Part shown: positions 58,696 through 64,000 of the stretch, piece by piece
How the letters are laid out: each line of letters opens with the position of its first letter
Position numbering within the stretch: position 1 is the stretch's first letter
Origin: Clostridia bacterium
GTDB taxonomy: Bacteria; Bacillota; Clostridia; Christensenellales; UBA1242
NCBI GenBank assembly: GCA_050872785.1
Contig: JBNMHO010000003.1
Location: 12,554-76,553 of the forward strand
Reading direction: 5' to 3'
Length of the DNA: 64,000 bases
Made by a program: the position numbers and the translations under genes
The notes under the pieces: model-generated
Told to the model about the DNA's origin: nothing
Database searches by the model: none
What the model saw: the letters and a program-made list of their open reading frames with translations, nothing else

Positions 58696-59829
58696 ATGGT
58701 AAACAAGGATTTTTTTGCAGCACTTGAAGATTTGGAAAAGGAAAGGGGGATAAACAAAGAGGTTTTTGTGAATGCACTTGAAACAGCACTTACATCTGCA
58801 TACAAAAAGAACTTTGGCGAGGCTATGAGTGCCAGCGTAAAACTTAACCCAGAAAACAACTCCATAAGAGTTTACAGTTACAAAACAGTTGTTGCAGAAG
58901 TGACAGACCCAGACAAGGAAATTTCACTTGAAGACGCAAAGGCAATCAAAAAGTCTTATGCACTTGACGATGTAATTTCGCAAGAAGTTACGCCAAAGAA
59001 TTTCGGCAGAATTGCCGCACAAATTGCAAAGCAAGTCGTTCTTCAAAAACTTCGTGAAGTGGAACAAGAAAACGCTATGAACGAACTTTCTGAAAAGCAA
59101 AACGAACTTGTAACTGGTCTTGTTAAGAGAATTGAAAATAACATTGTTTATGTTGAAATTCCAGGCAGTTCACTTGAATGTGTTATGCAAGAGAAGGACC
59201 AAATTCCAGGCGAAAACTATGCAATAGGTGAAAGAATTAAAGTCTATGTCAAAAACTTGAGAGATTTTAAGGAATATTCAAAGTCTTTTGTGCAAGTTTC
59301 AAGAAGTCACCCAGGGTTTGTGAAAAAACTTTTTGAACTTGAGGTGCCAGAAATTAAATCGGGAGATATTGAAATTAAAAATATCGCAAGAGATGCTGGA
59401 TATAGGTCAAAAGTCGCTATCGTTTGTCACAATCCAAATCTTGACGCACTTGGTGCTTGTGTTGGCAACAAGGGAATGAGAATTAACAACATTATCAGCG
59501 AACTTAATGGCGAAAAGATTGATATTGTGGAATATTCTGACAACCCACTTGAATATATCGCTCGTGCCCTAAGCCCAGCAAAAGTTTTGACGGTTTATGC
59601 CCTTGAAGGACAAAACTATGCAAGAGCCGTTGTTCCAGATGACAAACTTTCACTTGCCATTGGTCGTGGCGGACAAAATGTTAGACTTGCGGTCAAACTT
59701 ACTGGTTGGAAAATTGACGTTAAGAGTGAGTCGGTTGCAAAACAACTTGACGGGGAATTGCTTTTTAACCTAGAAAACGGACTTGAAGCAGAAAACACTG
59801 TGGACGAAGAAACAACAGACGAAGAATAA
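58696..59829 (+). CDS. nusA: Transcription factor NusA
   Basis: FGRIAAQ.AKQ, S1 and KH domains, AIGRGGQNVRLA. Confidence 0.98.
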   Translation: MVNKDFFAALEDLEKERGINKEVFVNALETALTSAYKKNFGEAMSASVKLNPENNSIRVYSYKTVVAEVTDPDKEISLEDAKAIKKSYALDDVISQEVTPKNFGRIAAQIAKQVVLQKLREVEQENAMNELSEKQNELVTGLVKRIENNIVYVEIPGSSLECVMQEKDQIPGENYAIGERIKVYVKNLRDFKEYSKSFVQVSRSHPGFVKKLFELEVPEIKSGDIEIKNIARDAGYRSKVAIVCHNPNLDALGACVGNKGMRINNIISELNGEKIDIVEYSDNPLEYIARALSPAKVLTVYALEGQNYARAVVPDDKLSLAIGRGGQNVRLAVKLTGWKIDVKSESVAKQLDGELLFNLENGLEAENTVDEETTDEE

Positions 59830-59846
59830 TTTGTGTGAGGTAGAAA

Positions 59847-60116
59847 ATGCCAAAAAAACAGCCACTTAGAATGTGCGTGGCATGTAGGGAAATGAAAGAA
59901 AAGGACGACCTTTTGCGAATTGTGAAAAATAGTCAAGGCGAAATATTTGTTGACGAAACATTCAAAGCAAACGGTCGTGGTGCATATATTTGCAAATGCG
60001 AAGATTGTCTTGCAAAAGCACAAAAGTCCAAAGCCTTGCAAAGAGCATTTAAGCAAAATGTTGGACAAGAGATTTATGAAGAGATAGGGAGATTTATTTT
60101 AGCGAATGAGCAATGA
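59847..60116 (+). CDS. ylxR: YlxR/RnpM RNA-binding protein
   Basis: PLRMCVAC...GRGAYIC. Confidence 0.93.
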   Translation: MPKKQPLRMCVACREMKEKDDLLRIVKNSQGEIFVDETFKANGRGAYICKCEDCLAKAQKSKALQRAFKQNVGQEIYEEIGRFILANEQ

Positions 60117-62802
60117 AGAAAAACAACAAAATGTAAACAACATAAAGTCGCTTAGCAAGTTAAGCTTGGAAGGTTCTGTGCCTTCACTTTTTCGTGAAGT
60201 GAAAAGGGCAAAACAGCAAGCAATCACCATGCTTAATGCTTTAAGAGATAGGGCAAATGTCGTTCGCCGAGAGGAAGAAGACAAGGCAAGGGCAGAGGCA
60301 CTTCGTGCGCAAGCACAAAAAAGACTTTCTTCTGTGCAACAAAAAGACTCCGAGCAATCTTTTGCCGAACTTTTTGAAAAATCAACTGGTGGCGTGGTGG
60401 ATGAAAAAGAAGCACCAAAGCCAGTTGAAGAAAAGAAATCTGTTGTGGAAGAAAAACCTGCTTCAAAAGTTGAAGTTAAGGTTGAAACCCCTGCTCCAAA
60501 GCCAGCACCAGCCGCACCAAAGCCTGTTATGCAAAATAGACCAGCTGCAAGTCAAGACAGATTTGCAAGCAAGCCAAAAATGCAAAATCAAGCACCAAGG
60601 CAAAATGGTGGCGGGCTTAGACCATTTAATAATTATGCAATGCGTAACGACAAGCCAAGACAATTTGGACAAAATAACAGACCATTTGGTCAAAACGCAG
60701 GGCAAAGACCATTTGACAGACCTTTTGGGCAAAATCAAAACGGCAATCGTTTTGCAAAACCTCAAATGGGCCCAAACGGGCAAGTTAGAGCACAAAATAA
60801 GGCTTTGACAAGCATTATCCCAAGAAAAAATGCACAACTTGAATCTGCAACCGCAGCCTTTGCAACAAAGGAAAGAGCGTTTGGGAATAAGAAGAAATCA
60901 AATGAAAGAGTGGACAACGAAAAGAGAATTAACAAGAAATCTCTTCTTCGCCGTGGACTTATTGAAGAGGCAAACATTGAAGAGAGAATGGTCACTCGAA
61001 AACTTAAACTCAAAAAGCAAAAAGTTGACGTTGCTCCAATTATCGCTGCTCCTATTACAAATGCAGTTATCACAACAAACAACCTAACTGTCAAAATGCT
61101 TTCTGAAAAAATCGGCAAGCCTGTTACGGAAATCATAAAACAACTTATGGTCCTTGGAATTATGACCACAATCAACAGCCCAATCGACTTTGCAACAGCC
61201 GAACTTGTGGCAAGTGAACTGGGCGTAACCCTTGAACTTAAACTTGAAAAAACATATGAAGAAAAATTGAAAGAAAACGCTATTGATGACGGCACAAACA
61301 CAGAAAAACGTGCACCAATCGTCACCATTGTTGGTCACGTTGACCACGGCAAAACTTCACTTTTGGACTACATCAGAAAAACACACGTTACAACAAGCGA
61401 AGCGGGCGGTATTACTCAATCTATCGGTGCATATTCAATAAATTGGAATGGCGAAGACATAACATTTATCGACACCCCAGGACACGAAGCCTTTATAAAT
61501 ATGCGTAAGCGTGGCACAGAAATAACTGATGTGGCAGTGCTTATTGTTGCTGGTGATGACGGCGTTAAACCTCAAACCATTGAGGCAATTAAGCATATTA
61601 AAGAAGCCAAAGCACCAATGATTGTTGCAATTACAAAAATTGATAAGCAAAATGTTGATATTGACAGAATTAAACAACAACTTGCCGAACAAGAAGTGCT
61701 TCCAGAAGATTGGGGCGGCGATGCAATCATTGTTCCAGTGTCATCTGTCACAGGGCAAGGCATTGACAAACTTCTTGAAACAATTTTGCTTGTTGCAGAA
61801 ATGCAAGAACTAAAATGCAACAGGGATAGAAACGCAGTCGGGACTGTCATTGAAGCAACGCTTGACAAAAACAGAGGACCTATTGCAAACATTATTGTTC
61901 AAAACGGAACGCTTAAAATCGGCGACAGCATCGTGTCGGGCTTTGCACTTGGCAAGGTTAGAGCATTGGTCGATAGCCGTGGCAAAAATGTTCAAAAAGC
62001 AGAACCTTCAACTCCAGTTTCAGTTTTGGGCTTTGACAGCGTGCCAAAAGCGGGCGACACAATTCAAGCAGTTGACGAAAAGTTGATTAAAAATGTTATT
62101 GAAGAACGCCGAATTAAAATGGCACAAGAAAAAATTGAACATGGCGCTGGCGTTAGCCTTGACGAATTCTTGGCAACTCCAGTTAAGGAAGATATGAAGA
62201 CACTAAATCTTCTTATAAAAGCAGACAGCCAAGGTTCAGCAGAAGCCTTAAAGCAAAGTTTGGGCGAAATTAAAAACGAAGAAGTCAAAGTGGAAATTGT
62301 TTCTTGCGGCGTTGGAAATATCAACGAAAATGATATTCAACTTGCAAAAGTTTCAAACGCAATTATCATTTCCTTCGACACAAAAGTTTTGGGCAAAATT
62401 TCAACCTATGCAAAGCAAAATAAAGTTGAAATTAGAGAATATGACATCATTTACAAGGCAATCGAAGACATTGAAAAACTTGCAAAATCTATGATGGCTC
62501 CAAAATTTGAAGAAAAAGTTGTGGGACATGCAGAAGTAAGGGCATTGTTCAAAATTAGCAGTGTTGGAACTATTGCAGGAAGTTATGTCACAGACGGTAA
62601 AATTGTCAGAAATTCCTCTGTCAAAGTTTCCCGTGGCGGAAAAGAAATTTTTGCGGGCAAAATTGCAACCTTAAAGCGTGGCAAGGATGACGCAAAAGAA
62701 GTGGCTGCTGGATATGAATGTGGCATAAAAATTGATGGCTTTAATGATGTTCAAGAAGGCGATATTATTGAATGTATTGTCAAAGAACAACTATTTTCGT
62801 GA
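60106..62802 (+). CDS. infB: Translation initiation factor IF-2
   Basis: GHVDHGKT, GGITQ, DTPGH, ECGI. Confidence 0.98.
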   Translation: MSNEEKQQNVNNIKSLSKLSLEGSVPSLFREVKRAKQQAITMLNALRDRANVVRREEEDKARAEALRAQAQKRLSSVQQKDSEQSFAELFEKSTGGVVDEKEAPKPVEEKKSVVEEKPASKVEVKVETPAPKPAPAAPKPVMQNRPAASQDRFASKPKMQNQAPRQNGGGLRPFNNYAMRNDKPRQFGQNNRPFGQNAGQRPFDRPFGQNQNGNRFAKPQMGPNGQVRAQNKALTSIIPRKNAQLESATAAFATKERAFGNKKKSNERVDNEKRINKKSLLRRGLIEEANIEERMVTRKLKLKKQKVDVAPIIAAPITNAVITTNNLTVKMLSEKIGKPVTEIIKQLMVLGIMTTINSPIDFATAELVASELGVTLELKLEKTYEEKLKENAIDDGTNTEKRAPIVTIVGHVDHGKTSLLDYIRKTHVTTSEAGGITQSIGAYSINWNGEDITFIDTPGHEAFINMRKRGTEITDVAVLIVAGDDGVKPQTIEAIKHIKEAKAPMIVAITKIDKQNVDIDRIKQQLAEQEVLPEDWGGDAIIVPVSSVTGQGIDKLLETILLVAEMQELKCNRDRNAVGTVIEATLDKNRGPIANIIVQNGTLKIGDSIVSGFALGKVRALVDSRGKNVQKAEPSTPVSVLGFDSVPKAGDTIQAVDEKLIKNVIEERRIKMAQEKIEHGAGVSLDEFLATPVKEDMKTLNLLIKADSQGSAEALKQSLGEIKNEEVKVEIVSCGVGNINENDIQLAKVSNAIIISFDTKVLGKISTYAKQNKVEIREYDIIYKAIEDIEKLAKSMMAPKFEEKVVGHAEVRALFKISSVGTIAGSYVTDGKIVRNSSVKVSRGGKEIFAGKIATLKRGKDDAKEVAAGYECGIKIDGFNDVQEGDIIECIVKEQLFS

Positions 62803-62810
62803 GGTGAAAA

Positions 62811-63182
62811 ATGAACAGTAGGATTGAAAGGGGAAACTCTCAACTAAAGAAAAAACTTTCCGAAATAATATCATTCGACCTCAGCGACCCAAGAATTCTT
62901 GAAAATATGGTCACCGTCACCAAAGTGTCACTTTCAAGTGACCTAAAATATGCAAAAGTTTTTGTCAGCGTGTATGGCTCGGGCGACCCAAAAGATGTGC
63001 TTGTCGCACTTAAAAAGGCAGAAGGACATATTAAAAAGTTGCTTGCTGGCAAACTCGAGTTTAGAATGATGCCTACATTTGATTTTGTTCTTGATACAAG
63101 CGAAGACTACAGTGACAAGATTAACAAAATTCTTAAAAATATAACATATAGCAACCAACCTGACGATAGTCAGAGCGAGTGA
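62811..63182 (+). CDS. rbfA: Ribosome-binding factor A
   Basis: DPRI...SSDLKYAKVFVS...R.MP.F.F..D.S. Confidence 0.95.
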   Translation: MNSRIERGNSQLKKKLSEIISFDLSDPRILENMVTVTKVSLSSDLKYAKVFVSVYGSGDPKDVLVALKKAEGHIKKLLAGKLEFRMMPTFDFVLDTSEDYSDKINKILKNITYSNQPDDSQSE

Positions 63183-63252
63183 ATTTGTGCCAAGATTTTC
63201 TTGGCATTAAATTTTTATAAATATATCATTCATTTTTACAATAGGAGATAAA

Positions 63253-64000
63253 ATGGCAATCGACAAACAAAAACTAAACGAAGTTGCAAAGAAACTTTTG
63301 GCGGCGAAATCTGTTGCACTGTTTTGTCATCAAAACCCAGACGAAGACGCACTGGGTTCTTGCGGAGCGTTGAAGCTTGCTCTTGAAAAACTGGGCAAAC
63401 GTGCAGAAATTTTTTGCGAAGACAAAGTGCCAAAAAGACTTGAATTTCTTGAAGTCAATTTGTGTGACGACAAAAACGAACTTGAAAACTATGAAGTTTT
63501 TTGCCTTGTTGACGGCTGTGCTGCGTATAGAACTGGCTCTTTTGAAAAATATTTTGACAATGCAAAAATACGACTTTGCCTTGACCACCACCAAATTGAA
63601 GAATATACTTTTGACTGTGCCTATCAAGACCCAACTTGTGCCAGTGCAAGCGATATTGTGACAGAACTTATCCCACTTTTGGACGTTCAAATTAACGGCG
63701 CAATGGCAACGCTTTTGTATGCAGGCATAACGGCTGACACGGGCAGATTCCTTTTCCCATCGCCAACAGCAAGCAACAGCCTAAACCATGCAAGCACTCT
63801 TTTGACTCTTGGGGCAGATATGGACAAAGTGAACTTCAATTCGTTTAGAAAAAAGCGAAAAGATTATCCAATGTTCCTTAAAAAATTCTTAAAAAACACA
63901 AAACCTTTCTTTGACGGCAAAATATTTTTGACCACTATAAAGCAAAAAGAGTATGAAAAATACAAAGAAATGTGGGACGAAAACGACTGCCCAAAAACAC
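63253..64000 (+). CDS. nrnA: DHH-family phosphoesterase NrnA-like (3'-truncated by window edge)
   Basis: HQNPDEDALGS, CLDHH, AGITADTGRF; follows rbfA; open to end of window. Confidence 0.88.
   Translation, partial: MAIDKQKLNEVAKKLLAAKSVALFCHQNPDEDALGSCGALKLALEKLGKRAEIFCEDKVPKRLEFLEVNLCDDKNELENYEVFCLVDGCAAYRTGSFEKYFDNAKIRLCLDHHQIEEYTFDCAYQDPTCASASDIVTELIPLLDVQINGAMATLLYAGITADTGRFLFPSPTASNSLNHASTLLTLGADMDKVNFNSFRKKRKDYPMFLKKFLKNTKPFFDGKIFLTTIKQKEYEKYKEMWDENDCPKT

Noticed and set aside
60590-60790. RPFGQN-type repeats in IF-2
   Set aside because: Low-complexity N-terminal region is normal for IF-2.

Overview
AT-rich chromosomal window from a spore-forming Firmicute (Clostridia-like; an uncultured, streamlined gut lineage is my inference from sporulation genes plus gaps in normally conserved operons). 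Most of it is housekeeping: uvrA, spoVB, ppx-mreB-like-minD-minE-spoIVFA/B, gap, fba, rplU-prp-rpmA, yqfC-yqfD-ybeY-era-recO, ppdK, nth, obgE-yhbY-rsfS-tsaE-tsaB/rimI, murF-ddl, ogg, tkt, frr-uppS-cdsA-rseP, rimP-nusA-ylxR-infB-rbfA-nrnA. The standout is a dispersed family of four secreted-protein genes (24936, 27722, 49831, 50546). All share an ungapped 14-residue motif right after the signal helix (A-T-x5-S-x-[VFI]-x-V-x-Y). Three carry a G11-TA homopolymer upstream of unrelated binding domains (LamG x2, CBM-like, LRR); two are frameshifted OFF and one is ON. This looks like an undescribed phase-variable, modular surface fibre/adhesin system. Also notable: a PolC remnant with exonuclease but no PHP/polymerase domain at the polC locus, a ~250-bp REP/MITE-like structured element inside yqfC-yqfD, several catalytically degenerate enzymes, and strong apparent GATC avoidance. 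No rRNA, tRNA, CRISPR array, transposase or integrase was recognised.
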